Source: Candidatus Latescibacterota bacterium (GTDB lineage Bacteria > Latescibacterota > UBA2968). From it: a DNA stretch of 64,000 nucleotides. The translations under genes and the position numbers were made by a program. Within the stretch, counting starts at the first letter, position 1, and each line of letters starts with the position of its first letter. A model generated the notes under the pieces. That model was not told the origin of the DNA and did no database searches. It saw only the letters and a program-made list of their open reading frames with translations. This document shows, piece after piece, positions 19,723 through 29,932 of this stretch. The stretch covers positions 1,408,001 to 1,472,000 of the forward strand of contig OZ220741.1 of assembly GCA_965116885.1 (NCBI GenBank), written 5' to 3'.

Positions 19723-21024
19723 ATGAAACCAAATATACTCTTTATACACGTCGATCAAATGCACGCCGATGCTATCTCTGCGCTCGGCTGCGAATACGTA
19801 CACACACCTGCTATTGACGAACTCGTGCGCGAGGGCTATACCTTTACCAATGCCTACTGCGCCATGCCCCAGTGCTGTCCGTCGCGGGCTTGTTGGTACA
19901 CGGGGCGCATGTCCAAAGAACACGGCGTTGTCGTCAATTCCTATCCCATGGATCCCAATATTCCAGACCTGGGCCAGTGGCTGCGCCGCGAAGACTATGA
20001 GTGTGTGTACACGGGCAAATGGCACGTTACGGGACGCGATTTACACGCGAGTTTTGATGTGTTGCAACCCCAGCACGGCATGGGCGAACTCAACGACGGC
20101 AATGTCGCCCGATCAGCCGTCGCCTATCTGAAAAATCGCACATCTGATAAACCCTTCTTTTTAAGCGTTGGATTCCTCAACCCGCACGATTGCTGCTTTC
20201 CCGCGATGTCCCACGGCGGTCCGGGCAAATACGCTTTTGCATCGAAAATTGAGGGCGACCTCCCACCTCTTCCGGGCAATTTCGACGACGAATACGCCCG
20301 GCGCGGGCGGCCCAGTACTCGCCATTGGTCGCGCCGCGATTGGCAGTATTACATCTATCAGTATTACCGCATGGTTGAGATGGTTGATGCCGAAGTCGAT
20401 CGCGTTATGCATGCGCTTCGCGCATCGCCTTATGCTGGCAATACCCTCGTCATCTTTGCATCTGACCACGGCGATGGCCTCGGCTTTCACAGCAATACCA
20501 GCAAGGGTTTTCTCGAGGAAGAAGCGTTTCGCGTGCCCACCATTGCGTGGTGGCCCGGGCGTATTCCCGAAGGTGTGCGGGATGCCGAGCATCTCATCTC
20601 CGGCGTCGATATTCCCGCCACGATATGCGACTATGCCGGCGCGCCGCCCTTGCCCAAAACCACTATTGCGCGTTCATTACGTCCCATTTTTGAACGGCGC
20701 GATGTCCCGTGGCGCACCTATGTCATCGGTGAGACTTCTATTGGTCGGCTATCGGTTGCCGTGCGCGATGTGCGCTACAAAAGCATTATTGAACGGGATA
20801 ATACGCGTCTCTACGATCTTCAAAACGATCCGCTGGAGACGCGAGACCTCGCCGATGAAGCGCGTTGTAAAGATATTGTCGCACGCCATCGGGCACATTT
20901 TCGCGAGTACATATCCCAAATTGAAATGTATCCCGAGCCAGAAGTCGATCTCGACAGCCTGAAGCGCGGCAATGTCTATCGCGACTATATCGACTGGTAT
21001 CTTTCCGTTCTCAACGAGGCCTGA
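19723..21024 (+). CDS. Cys-type sulfatase
   Basis: PNILFIHVDQ, CCPSRACWYTG, GKWH, SDHGD. Confidence 0.93.
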   Translation: MKPNILFIHVDQMHADAISALGCEYVHTPAIDELVREGYTFTNAYCAMPQCCPSRACWYTGRMSKEHGVVVNSYPMDPNIPDLGQWLRREDYECVYTGKWHVTGRDLHASFDVLQPQHGMGELNDGNVARSAVAYLKNRTSDKPFFLSVGFLNPHDCCFPAMSHGGPGKYAFASKIEGDLPPLPGNFDDEYARRGRPSTRHWSRRDWQYYIYQYYRMVEMVDAEVDRVMHALRASPYAGNTLVIFASDHGDGLGFHSNTSKGFLEEEAFRVPTIAWWPGRIPEGVRDAEHLISGVDIPATICDYAGAPPLPKTTIARSLRPIFERRDVPWRTYVIGETSIGRLSVAVRDVRYKSIIERDNTRLYDLQNDPLETRDLADEARCKDIVARHRAHFREYISQIEMYPEPEVDLDSLKRGNVYRDYIDWYLSVLNEA

Positions 21025-21028
21025 TCCC

Positions 21029-21733
21029 ATGGCAATTGACACTATTGGCCCCTATGCCGTTCAACCCATTCGCGATTTTCTCTCGGGTTTCACGCCGGTG
21101 CAGAAGTCTGTCGTGGATGCCGATTGCGCCACGCTTACTTACGACATCCTCAACTGGTCTTTCGCGCCCGCGCAACCGCCGCCTTGTCCCAACAGCGTGT
21201 ATGGCTCGGTGACTATTGGGCGCGAACAGGGCGGGGCGTATCGCATCCGCCAGCAAACCCACATTGGCGGCGAACCGACTATTTTTGAGGCGGATGTGAT
21301 TTGCAACCCCGACGATACCCTCAAATCCTGGATGCTGTACACTTATCGCGCCGATGCCGAGGGGGAGCCGATTCCGATTTCTGAACTGCGCGAGAGCTGG
21401 GAAAATAACAAGGGTCATATCCAGTCGCGAGATGGCGCATACAAATACCGCGCAACGCGTCCGGTCTTCAGCCATTGGACACTCCCTCACATTTTGCTAT
21501 GTGGAAGGTACGCCTTGCCAATGGCGTTTGATCTGATTCAAGACCTGTCTCTTTTGCGCCCCAATCACAGGCTCGTTGCCGATGGATCTGTTGAACTCTC
21601 TATCGGTTCTTATACAACTTGTGTTCAATCTGGGGAAGGTATCTTGCCCGTCCACTATTTGCTGGATGAAGATCGCCGACCACAACTCATTACTTTCGGC
21701 CTCATTGCCTGGGCACTCACCGATATTTCATGA
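21029..21733 (+). CDS. Hypothetical protein
   Basis: ORF fills the gap between sulfatase and coaD with tight spacing; no motif recognised. Confidence 0.6.
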   Translation: MAIDTIGPYAVQPIRDFLSGFTPVQKSVVDADCATLTYDILNWSFAPAQPPPCPNSVYGSVTIGREQGGAYRIRQQTHIGGEPTIFEADVICNPDDTLKSWMLYTYRADAEGEPIPISELRESWENNKGHIQSRDGAYKYRATRPVFSHWTLPHILLCGRYALPMAFDLIQDLSLLRPNHRLVADGSVELSIGSYTTCVQSGEGILPVHYLLDEDRRPQLITFGLIAWALTDIS

Positions 21734-21741
21734 GGAAAACG

Positions 21742-22233
21742 ATGAAAAAAGCCGTTTATGCCGCCAGCTTTGATCCGGTTACTCACGGCCATTTGTGGGT
21801 TATTCAGGAGGCTGCGGAGCTTTTCGATCAGCTCGTTGTCGCGATTGGGATCAATCCGGATAAGGACTATACGTTTTCACTGGAGGAACGGCTCGATCTG
21901 CTTTGTGAGACTACGTCGCAGTTCGATAATGTCGTTGTCGCCAGTTACGAAAATCAGTTTCTGGTCAATTACGCACGCGGTATTGGCGCAGGTTATATTG
22001 TGCGGGGTATTCGCACGCAGAGCGACTATGAGTTTGAGCGCAGGATGCGGTATATCAATAGCGATCTGGATGATACGATTACGACTATCTTTTTAATGCC
22101 CCCGCGAGAGATTGCCGAGATCAGTTCCAGTTTTATCAAAGGTCTGGTGGGTCCCGATGGCTGGCAAGATGTTGTGAAGCGCTATGTTCCGGAACCTGTT
22201 TTTGAGAAATTTGTCGAGTATTTTGAAGGGTGA
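21742..22233 (+). CDS. coaD: Pantetheine-phosphate adenylyltransferase
   Basis: [20 protein letters not shown]...[12 protein letters not shown]; alternative start 21730. Confidence 0.95.
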   Translation: MKKAVYAASFDPVTHGHLWVIQEAAELFDQLVVAIGINPDKDYTFSLEERLDLLCETTSQFDNVVVASYENQFLVNYARGIGAGYIVRGIRTQSDYEFERRMRYINSDLDDTITTIFLMPPREIAEISSSFIKGLVGPDGWQDVVKRYVPEPVFEKFVEYFEG

Positions 22234-22235
22234 TC

Positions 22236-22263
22236 CGCAGATGGACGCAGATGGACGCAGATG
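22236..22263. repeat. Short 10-bp tandem repeat between convergent genes
   Basis: CGCAGATGGA x about 2.8. Confidence 0.7.
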
Positions 22264-22286
22264 ATTCTATGGTCATGGGATACGTC

Positions 22287-24689
22287 TCAGTTTACACTGA
22301 ACACATCAACCATTGGCTTGCGCGGGCGTTTCATGAGGGCGGTTTCCAGGACTTGATCCATGTGCGATGCAAATACCAGACGTATGTCTTTGCGTGCTGT
22401 GTCGGGTATTTCATGTGCGTCTTTGCGGTTCTCTTCGGGTAAGATTACTGTTTTTACACCTGCGCGGTGTGCTGATAGGACTTTATCGCGCACGCCGCCG
22501 ATGGGCAGTACTTTGCCGCGCAGTGTAATTTCGCCTGTCATTGCCACGTCTTTTCGGATGGGCCGATTGGTAAATACCGATGCGAGCACGATCGCCATGG
22601 TAATGCCTGCCGAGGGACCGTCTTTGGGTACGGCACCTGCGGGTACGTGGACGTGTACATCTCTTTTTTCGTTAAACTGCGCGTTTAGCCCCAGTTCATG
22701 CCAGCGCGATCGCACGTATGTCAGGGCTGCATGCGCAGATTCCTTCATTACATCCCCAACCTGTCCGGTCAGATTTAACTCGCCTTTACCGGGTACGACT
22801 GTTGCTTCGACAAAGAGGACATCACCACCGGTAGATGTTACGGCGAGGCCAGCGGCGACGCCCACCTCGTGATCTTCTTCGGCTACTTCGTGGCGGAATT
22901 TTTGCGGTCCCAGATATTCGACGATGTTTTTTTGATGGATGTGTACGCGCCGCTTGCGGCCCTGGGCAAATTTGCGGGCTACTTTGCGCGCCACGGTTGC
23001 AATTTCGCGCTCCAGATTTCGCACCCCGGCCTCGCGGGTGTAGTGCTGGATTATTTCTTGCAGGGCGGCTTTGTCGAAGGATGCCTTTTGGGGGGTCAAT
23101 CCGTGTTCTGGAATCTGGCGTTTGACCAGGTACCGACGCGCGATCTCCAGCTTTTCGGCTTCGGTGTATCCCGAGACTTCCAGTACTTCCATCCGGTCCA
23201 TCAGAGCGGGTGGAATTGTGTGGAGTGAGTTGGCAGTGGCGAGGAATAAGACTTCTGAGAGGTCAAAGGCGACGTCGAGGTAGTGATCTACAAAGGTGTT
23301 ATTTTGCGCCGGGTCCAGGACTTCCAGCAGTGCTGCGGAGGGGTCGCCGCGAAAATCCGCGCCGAGTTTGTCGATTTCATCCAGCATGAATACGGGGTTT
23401 TTTGTGCCGGCGCGTCGCAGTCCCTGTATGATGCGTCCGGGCAATGCGCCGATGTAGGTGCGGCGATGTCCTCGAATTTCTGATTCGTCGCGGATGCCGC
23501 CCAATGACATTCTGACAAATTCGCGGCCGAGTGCGCGTGCCACGGATTTGCCCAGTGATGTTTTGCCCGTGCCCGGCGGTCCGACGAGCAACAAAATAGG
23601 CCCGCGCATGTCGTCTTTTAAGTGGCGCACGGATAGGTATTCCAGAATGCGCTCTTTGGGTTTTTCCAATCCATAGTGGTCTGCGTTCAAGACGCGCTCG
23701 GCTTCTTTGATGTCCAGTTGATCGCTTGTCTTTTTGTTCCAGGGGAGTTCGACGAGCCAGTCCAGATAGGTGCGCGATACGGTGTATTCGGCAGAGGCTT
23801 CGGGCATGCGCGCCATGCGTTTTAGTTCGCGCTCGGCTTCTGTTTTTGCTTCTTCGGACATGCCGGCGGCTTCGATCTTTTCGCGCAGTTCTTCGATTTC
23901 GGCGCCGATATCCTCTCCTTCGCCCAGTTCATCTTGAATTGCCCGCAGTTGCTGGCGCAAAAAGTATTCTTTTTGTGCGTCTTCCATGGTTCCCGCGGCT
24001 TCCGAACTGATTTTTTCCCGCAGTTCCAGAATTTCAACTTCGCGATTTAAGCATTGATTGATGGCTTCCAGTCGTCGGTACAGATTGCGCTCGGTTAGTA
24101 TTTTTTGTTGCTCTTCAAAATCCACATTGAGTTGTGAGGCGATGAAGTCTGCCTTGTGGGATATTTCTGAGAGGGCGTCTAAGGCTTCCCCGACTTCTCG
24201 GGGTACATTGGGGGCGAGTGCCACGGCTTTTTTGAACTGGCCGAATATGTTGCGTGCGAGGGCTTCCAATTCGGTGTTGTGTTCTATGTCTGATGCTATT
24301 TTCTCGACTTGTGCTATGGGATGAGGTTGCGATTGCAATACATCTATGAGTGATAGTCGCGCCATGCCCTGTACGAGCACTTGCATGCGGCCGTCGGGCA
24401 TTTCCGCGGATCGCGCGATGTAGATTGCAGTACCTACGGGATATAGGGACTCCCGGCGGATGTCTTCCTCGGCGTCGCTTTCTTCCAGTTCTCCAAAGAT
24501 GGCGATTACCTTGTGCCCGGCGTCTATTGCCGCTTGCGCGGCTTTTACCGCGCGTTCGTCTTCCAATAATAAGGGGGCAGCCATGAGGGGATAAATCACT
24601 ACTTCTGATGTCACCAGCATGGGTAATTCAGATGGGATGCTATACGCTTCGATTGCGTTTACGCTTGTGAGGGGGTTGTCGTTTGACAT
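22287..24689 (-). CDS. lon: ATP-dependent Lon protease
   Basis: DHYGLEKPKERI, GPPGTGKTS, RRTYIGALPG, DEIDK, PKDGPSAG; start MSNDNP with AAGGAG SD. Confidence 0.97.
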   Translation of the reverse strand: MSNDNPLTSVNAIEAYSIPSELPMLVTSEVVIYPLMAAPLLLEDERAVKAAQAAIDAGHKVIAIFGELEESDAEEDIRRESLYPVGTAIYIARSAEMPDGRMQVLVQGMARLSLIDVLQSQPHPIAQVEKIASDIEHNTELEALARNIFGQFKKAVALAPNVPREVGEALDALSEISHKADFIASQLNVDFEEQQKILTERNLYRRLEAINQCLNREVEILELREKISSEAAGTMEDAQKEYFLRQQLRAIQDELGEGEDIGAEIEELREKIEAAGMSEEAKTEAERELKRMARMPEASAEYTVSRTYLDWLVELPWNKKTSDQLDIKEAERVLNADHYGLEKPKERILEYLSVRHLKDDMRGPILLLVGPPGTGKTSLGKSVARALGREFVRMSLGGIRDESEIRGHRRTYIGALPGRIIQGLRRAGTKNPVFMLDEIDKLGADFRGDPSAALLEVLDPAQNNTFVDHYLDVAFDLSEVLFLATANSLHTIPPALMDRMEVLEVSGYTEAEKLEIARRYLVKRQIPEHGLTPQKASFDKAALQEIIQHYTREAGVRNLEREIATVARKVARKFAQGRKRRVHIHQKNIVEYLGPQKFRHEVAEEDHEVGVAAGLAVTSTGGDVLFVEATVVPGKGELNLTGQVGDVMKESAHAALTYVRSRWHELGLNAQFNEKRDVHVHVPAGAVPKDGPSAGITMAIVLASVFTNRPIRKDVAMTGEITLRGKVLPIGGVRDKVLSAHRAGVKTVILPEENRKDAHEIPDTARKDIRLVFASHMDQVLETALMKRPRKPMVDVFSVN

Positions 24690-24737
24690 GATCAGATGCT
24701 CCTTGGAATGATGGTATATCAACTTTACCATTTTTTA

Positions 24738-24753
24738 AGCAATATCCGTGCCT
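24738..24753 (-). promoter_or_regulatory. Sigma54 -24/-12 promoter of lon
   Basis: Minus strand AGGCACGGATATTGCT, GG-N10-GC spacing, about 50 bp upstream of start. Confidence 0.7.
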
Positions 24754-24961
24754 GAATACACAAATTCGGCTAATTACTTTATTTACAAATAGATACTAAT
24801 TTTGTTCCAATATTTTAATTCGATGATTGCCGATTTTACTATCCGATTTCAGTCATAATGGCAGTTGTGTCACGCTCACCTGATGTCATTTCGCGCTGGA
24901 AACGCATTGCGGGTTTCGGTATATTGGAGAGGTTAAACAAAGGGGCTGGGGGCTAACCACT

Positions 24962-26116
24962 ATGTCTTCTACATACCATACACTCATCATCGGTGCGGGG
25001 ATTAATGGCCTGTGTACATGCTATCATCTCTTGCGGCAGGGGGTACGCGATGTTGGGCTGATTGAGCAATTTGAACTCGGTCATGGCCGGGGCAGTTCGC
25101 ACGGGGATTCGCGCATTACCCGCAGTGCGTATGTGAATGCAGATTATGTGCGTCTTATGCAAATTGCACACGGCGAGTCGTGGCCCCAGCTCGAGCGCGA
25201 TGCAGAGGTTCAGCTCATCTATCCCACGCCCGGCTGTTTTTTTGGTCCAGCAGATGGGAAATACACGAGCTATGCCAGGGCTGTGACAGAGGTTGGTGTG
25301 GATGTGGAACCTCTTACTCCGGAAGAGGGGCGGAAACGCTTTCCGGTTTTTCGCTTTGAAAATGCCGCTGGCGTTCTGTACGACCGCACGGCCGGGCTTG
25401 TGGCTGCCGCGCAGGCTGTTGAGTCTCTTATTGATCTGATCCGCAGACAGGATGGGGAGATCCGGGAAAATACGGCTGTGCAGGGCGTTGATATTACACG
25501 GGATCCCATTCGCGTGGAGACTTCTGCGGGGGATTTTGAAACGGAACGCCTGATTGTGACGGCTGGTCCCTGGGTATCTCGTTTGCTTCCGGTTCTCACA
25601 CAGCGCGTTGCGGTGGCGCGCCAGACGGTTGGGTTTTTCCAGCTTGAGGGATCGCGGGAAGAATTTCAACCCGGGGCTTTTCCGGTTTGGGGCTATCTCC
25701 TGCGCCAGGGCGATATAAGTTATTACGGTCTTCCGCAATTTGGTCGCGAGGGGATCAAGCTGGCCAAACATATTGTCAGTGGGGTTGACGACGATCCCGA
25801 CGATGTGCCCACGCAGATGCCTGAGGACGCGATTGAGGATCTTCGCGTATTTATTAAAGCGCAATTTGTTCCGCCGGTTGAGCGGTTTCTCGATTGGGAG
25901 ACGTGTCTTTATACCAATACGGGTACTGAGGACTTTATTCTGGATGTTCATCCGGATAATCCCAATGTGGTTATCGGGGCGGGTTTTTCAGGGCACGGTT
26001 TTAAGTTCGGGCCGCTCACGGGTCGCATTTTGTCTGAACTGAGTCTCAATGGCAAGACGTCTATACCCGAATTTGAGGCGGCGAGGGATATGTTCGAGGT
26101 TCCACGTAATGTTTGA
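24962..26116 (+). CDS. solA: N-methyl-L-tryptophan/monomeric sarcosine oxidase family FAD oxidoreductase
   Basis: GAGING, GSSHGDSRITR, TCLYT, GFSGHGFKF. Confidence 0.85.
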   Translation: MSSTYHTLIIGAGINGLCTCYHLLRQGVRDVGLIEQFELGHGRGSSHGDSRITRSAYVNADYVRLMQIAHGESWPQLERDAEVQLIYPTPGCFFGPADGKYTSYARAVTEVGVDVEPLTPEEGRKRFPVFRFENAAGVLYDRTAGLVAAAQAVESLIDLIRRQDGEIRENTAVQGVDITRDPIRVETSAGDFETERLIVTAGPWVSRLLPVLTQRVAVARQTVGFFQLEGSREEFQPGAFPVWGYLLRQGDISYYGLPQFGREGIKLAKHIVSGVDDDPDDVPTQMPEDAIEDLRVFIKAQFVPPVERFLDWETCLYTNTGTEDFILDVHPDNPNVVIGAGFSGHGFKFGPLTGRILSELSLNGKTSIPEFEAARDMFEVPRNV

Positions 26117-27551
26117 GCTTGTTATTCACCGACGCGCAGCGCTATTTTCCATCGCGCTTCTGACCGTCCTGCTCTCCGCGCCTTCACCCGGATATGACCG
26201 TGATCGCTGGGAAAATTTTACCAGCATGAATTACGTCACGTCTATAGCGGAAAGCCCGACGGTCATTTTTGTGGCGACGACCGGGGGCATTCGCCGCTAT
26301 GACCGGTTTGCCAAGACCTGGCTGGCTCCGCTGACAACCCGCGATGGCTTGCCCGATAACAGGGTACAGCGCATTGCTTATGATAGCGATACAGGTGACC
26401 TGTGGTTTGAAACGCCTTCAGGTGTGGGCCGCTGGCTCACTGGTGTACAGAGCGTCATGCCGGGGGGCAGGCCTCCTGCATATCTCCACAATCCGCGATC
26501 AGTTCCCCAAATTCCATCGGTTTTTCCGCCCTTTGGGTATTATCTCGATGATCGCCAGGTTATAGGTCCCCGGCGCAACTATGCGATTACAGATGTGTTG
26601 ATTGACTCCTGGCGCCATCTCTGGATCGCCACATGGGGGCTGGGTGTGGGACAAGCCGAACTCATAGATGGTCAACTTTCATTCCTCACTTATGGTCCGC
26701 TGGAAGAAAATGTTACGGCTATTGCACGCGATGGCGATGTTTTGTGGATTGGAGGCGCAGATACCTATCGCGCACCTGCGCGAGGTATTACCCGATATCG
26801 TCTTGATACAAATACGTGGGAATATTTTGAAGCCAACCGCATCATCGGTCTGGATGATCCCCAGATTGTTACGATATTACCCGGTGGTGACAATGTATGG
26901 TTTGGCACCCACAATGGCTTGATGCGGTATTATAGGCGCACGGGACAATGGTTTACTTATCGCGAAACCCGCCGCTGGGGACAGGTGCAGGCACTGGCAC
27001 GCGACGATAATATCCTCTGGATCGGCTCGGACCGCGGTTTGGCAATGCTGGATATCAAAGCCGATTCGCTCGACTATGTGCAGGGTAGTGAGTACGCGAT
27101 TATTCACGCTATGGTTGCAGGTCCCAATTATATATGGGCAGGTACTGAAAGCGGTCTTTTTCAATGTGCCCGAGGGGATCGCACCTGGCGACCTGTGGCC
27201 CATAATATTGCCAAACGCCGGGTACGCGCGCTGGCTATGCACAACAATGATCTATGGCTTGCTACAGAAGCCCCATCTGCAGCCGTGCGATACCGCCCGG
27301 GAGATAATATCTGGCGCGAATATCCCCTCACTGAGATAGGCGGGAGAGATCGCGTCTCGATTGAGGCCGATAGCAGTGAGGTGTGGGTTGCCACGGGCGC
27401 AGGGGCTTTTCTTTTAGATGTGCCGCGCCACCTGTGGACGCATTACACGATGTACGATGGTCTCGCACACACGCGGGTACAGGTGGTTCTTCGAGATGGC
27501 GGATATGTCTGGTTTGGCACTGCTGAGGGGCTGAGTCGTTTTCGGAGGTGA
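26109..27551 (+). CDS. Secreted beta-propeller protein (two-component regulator propeller-like repeats)
   Basis: Signal-like N-terminus; repeated W.GT..GL and DGL...V motifs. Confidence 0.7.
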   Translation: MFELVIHRRAALFSIALLTVLLSAPSPGYDRDRWENFTSMNYVTSIAESPTVIFVATTGGIRRYDRFAKTWLAPLTTRDGLPDNRVQRIAYDSDTGDLWFETPSGVGRWLTGVQSVMPGGRPPAYLHNPRSVPQIPSVFPPFGYYLDDRQVIGPRRNYAITDVLIDSWRHLWIATWGLGVGQAELIDGQLSFLTYGPLEENVTAIARDGDVLWIGGADTYRAPARGITRYRLDTNTWEYFEANRIIGLDDPQIVTILPGGDNVWFGTHNGLMRYYRRTGQWFTYRETRRWGQVQALARDDNILWIGSDRGLAMLDIKADSLDYVQGSEYAIIHAMVAGPNYIWAGTESGLFQCARGDRTWRPVAHNIAKRRVRALAMHNNDLWLATEAPSAAVRYRPGDNIWREYPLTEIGGRDRVSIEADSSEVWVATGAGAFLLDVPRHLWTHYTMYDGLAHTRVQVVLRDGGYVWFGTAEGLSRFRR

Positions 27552-27788
27552 CTTGCGGCGCACAATTTATAAGCTACGTAACTATATTACAATGCATAAC
27601 ATTAGAGTAACTTTCACATGGAAAAAAATGCGTGACATACGACCTTAAATTTGTTACTTTTGACTCTCGCGGTATCCATATAAATCCACACATTAGTAGA
27701 TTGGCAAGTCTAATGAACCTTCCGTTGGATCATACCATCATTTTCATTTTCTCTGCCAAAAATACACACCGTTGAATAGATTTGTTCG

Positions 27789-27834
27789 GCGGCTGTTCAT
27801 ACGCACATGGCGTCTTGAGTAGCCGCTTTTCTTT
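27789..27834 (+). terminator. Intrinsic terminator-like hairpin just upstream of the BMC gene
   Basis: GCGGCTGTTCA...TGAGTAGCCGC followed by TTTTCTTT. Confidence 0.5.
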
Positions 27835-27852
27835 GTTTGGAAATAAGCATTT

Positions 27853-28308
27853 ATGAAACCTGCTCTTGGACTCATTGAAACGCTGGGTTTTGTCGGCGTT
27901 ACCGAAGCGGCCGATGCAGCAACTAAAGCAGCGGCCGTTGAGTTGTCTGCTGTTGAACAAATAGATGGTGGTATTATTTCGATTCGCGTTTTAGGCGATG
28001 TCGGTGCGGTGCAGGCTGCGGTTGAAGCTGGTGTGCAGGCTGCGCAACAGGTGGGCACTCTGGTGGCACATCACGTGATCCCGAATCCACACGAGGACCT
28101 CGTCGATGTTTTTGGATTAATGGAAAAAACGGATGAAATAGACGAAACGAACGAAGCAGATCTCGAAAGTTTGCCCGTACATCGCCTGCGCCAGATTGCT
28201 CGTGAAACGCCGGGCATTGCGATTCAAGGGCGGGAAATTTCCCGCGCAAATCGAGCGCAATTGCTATCCGAACTTCGCAGGGCAAACAGAAATCAAACCG
28301 ACGCGTAA
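27853..28308 (+). CDS. Bacterial microcompartment shell hexamer (BMC-H) with C-terminal helical extension
   Basis: ALGLIET.G...EAADAATKAA, GDVGAVQAAVEAG, HVIPNPH; acidic linker plus L.VHRLRQIAR tail. Confidence 0.92.
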   Translation: MKPALGLIETLGFVGVTEAADAATKAAAVELSAVEQIDGGIISIRVLGDVGAVQAAVEAGVQAAQQVGTLVAHHVIPNPHEDLVDVFGLMEKTDEIDETNEADLESLPVHRLRQIARETPGIAIQGREISRANRAQLLSELRRANRNQTDA

Positions 28309-28324
28309 TGCTGGAGCAAACACA

Positions 28325-28642
28325 ATGAACACCGAAACTCTTTGGGAGAGAATCAAGCAAGGTCTTCGCGATGGCGCGGCTACAGCAGCGGAAAAAGCCG
28401 AGTATTTGGGCAAACTCGGTCGCGCACGTCTCGATATTGCGCGCACCCGCCACGCCATTCACGATGCATTTACTGAACTTGGCGGACAAATATACGAGGA
28501 ACTCAAAGATCACGAAGCCGCCATTGAGGCACAAACCGAGGCGGTTCAAGATCACATCGCGACTATTGGCAAGCTCGAAGAGCAATTGCAAAATCAAGAA
28601 GCGCAATTCAAAGTATTACAAGAGTCAGACAGAGAAGCGTAG
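28325..28642 (+). CDS. Hypothetical coiled-coil protein
   Basis: GGAG SD; MNTETLWERIKQG...ELGGQIY, helical composition. Confidence 0.7.
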   Translation: MNTETLWERIKQGLRDGAATAAEKAEYLGKLGRARLDIARTRHAIHDAFTELGGQIYEELKDHEAAIEAQTEAVQDHIATIGKLEEQLQNQEAQFKVLQESDREA

Positions 28643-28843
28643 AAACTTCTTCTGGCCCCACCAGAAGTTAGAAGCCCGTTGCCGTGTCGAGAAAGGGATG
28701 GGATTTGACACTGGCAATCGGGTAAAAATAGGAGGTATTCATGTAAGATTCTCCCTTTGTTGTTCTAAGACCTTTGTCCTTTATCCTTGCAGGAGTTATC
28801 TACCTGCGCAAATCCCCTGTGCAAAGAAGGAGAGGTTGACGAA

Positions 28844-29701
28844 GTGCCAAGACTATCTAAAAGACCTTATGCTCGTGAAGACGAATCACTGGATCAGTAT
28901 TTGCAGGAAATTGGCGAAGTTGCGTTGCTTACAGCAGATCAGGAAGTCGTGCTGGCCAAACGAATAAAAAAGGGCGATCAAGGCGCCCTGGAAGAATTGA
29001 CCACAGCCAACCTGAGATTTGTGGTAAGCGTCGCTAAACAATACCAGAATCAGGGCCTTTCGATGGGCGACCTGATCAACGAAGGGAATCTTGGACTCAT
29101 CAAAGCCGCCCAGCGTTTTGATGAAACTAAGGGTTTCAAATTTATTTCTTATGCCGTGTGGTGGATCCGACAGGCGATTTTACAGGCTCTTGCCGAGCAG
29201 TCTCGCATTGTTCGCTTGCCGCTGAATCGGGTTGGTGCGCTCCACAAAATCGGCAAGGCATCGAGCGGTCTCGAACAGGAGTATGGTCGCGAACCCAGCC
29301 CGGGTGAAATTGCCGATGAACTCGGCATGAATGATTTTGAAGTGCGCGATACGCTCAAAATTTCGAGCCGGCATCTCTCACTGGATGCGCCATTTAAAGA
29401 TGGCGAAGACAACAATTTGCTCGATGTGCTTGAAGACGGTATGCAACCCCCACCCGACGATCCTCTTCTCGATGACGCACTCAGACGAGAAATAGAAAAA
29501 GCCCTCGCTACCCTTACCCCCCGTGAAGCCGAAGTCATTACACTTTATTTTGGCATCAATCGCGAACAGCCACTTACCCTCGAGGAGATTGGCGAACGTT
29601 TTGGATTGACGCGAGAGCGCGTGCGTCAGATTAAAGAGAAAGCACTTCGGCGATTGCGCCATACCTCGCGCAGCCGTCCGCTGAAATCTTATTTGCATTA
29701 A
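28844..29701 (+). CDS. rpoD: RNA polymerase sigma-70 factor, RpoD/SigA family, lacking region 1.1
   Basis: [65 protein letters not shown] start after AAGGAGAGG. Confidence 0.9.
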   Translation: MPRLSKRPYAREDESLDQYLQEIGEVALLTADQEVVLAKRIKKGDQGALEELTTANLRFVVSVAKQYQNQGLSMGDLINEGNLGLIKAAQRFDETKGFKFISYAVWWIRQAILQALAEQSRIVRLPLNRVGALHKIGKASSGLEQEYGREPSPGEIADELGMNDFEVRDTLKISSRHLSLDAPFKDGEDNNLLDVLEDGMQPPPDDPLLDDALRREIEKALATLTPREAEVITLYFGINREQPLTLEEIGERFGLTRERVRQIKEKALRRLRHTSRSRPLKSYLH

Positions 29702-29717
29702 TACGGACCGCTATTCC

Positions 29718-29762
29718 AATAGGCCACAAACGGGTTCGCCCGATGTGGCCTATTATTTTTTT
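29718..29762 (+). terminator. Rho-independent terminator of rpoD
   Basis: AATAGGCCACA..CGGG-TTCG-CCCG.TGTGGCCTATT plus T-run. Confidence 0.8.
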
Positions 29763-29797
29763 GCTTAGAACTTTTGGTTTGTTTGTGTGTATAGTTT

Positions 29798-29862
29798 GTA
29801 GGAGCAACCCTCTGTGGTCGCCCGCTGCTGTCGTTCGGGACGGCACAGGGGCCGTCCCCTAC
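29798..29862. repeat. REPIN-like doublet
   Basis: GTAGGAGCAACCCTCTGTGGTCGCCC ... GGGACGGCACAGGGGCCGTCCCCTAC. Confidence 0.7.
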
Positions 29863-29932
29863 TTGACTGTTTCTTCCATAACCCATACATTTGTCCGTCT
29901 AAAATTTTTCAACTCAACCCGGAGGACCACAC

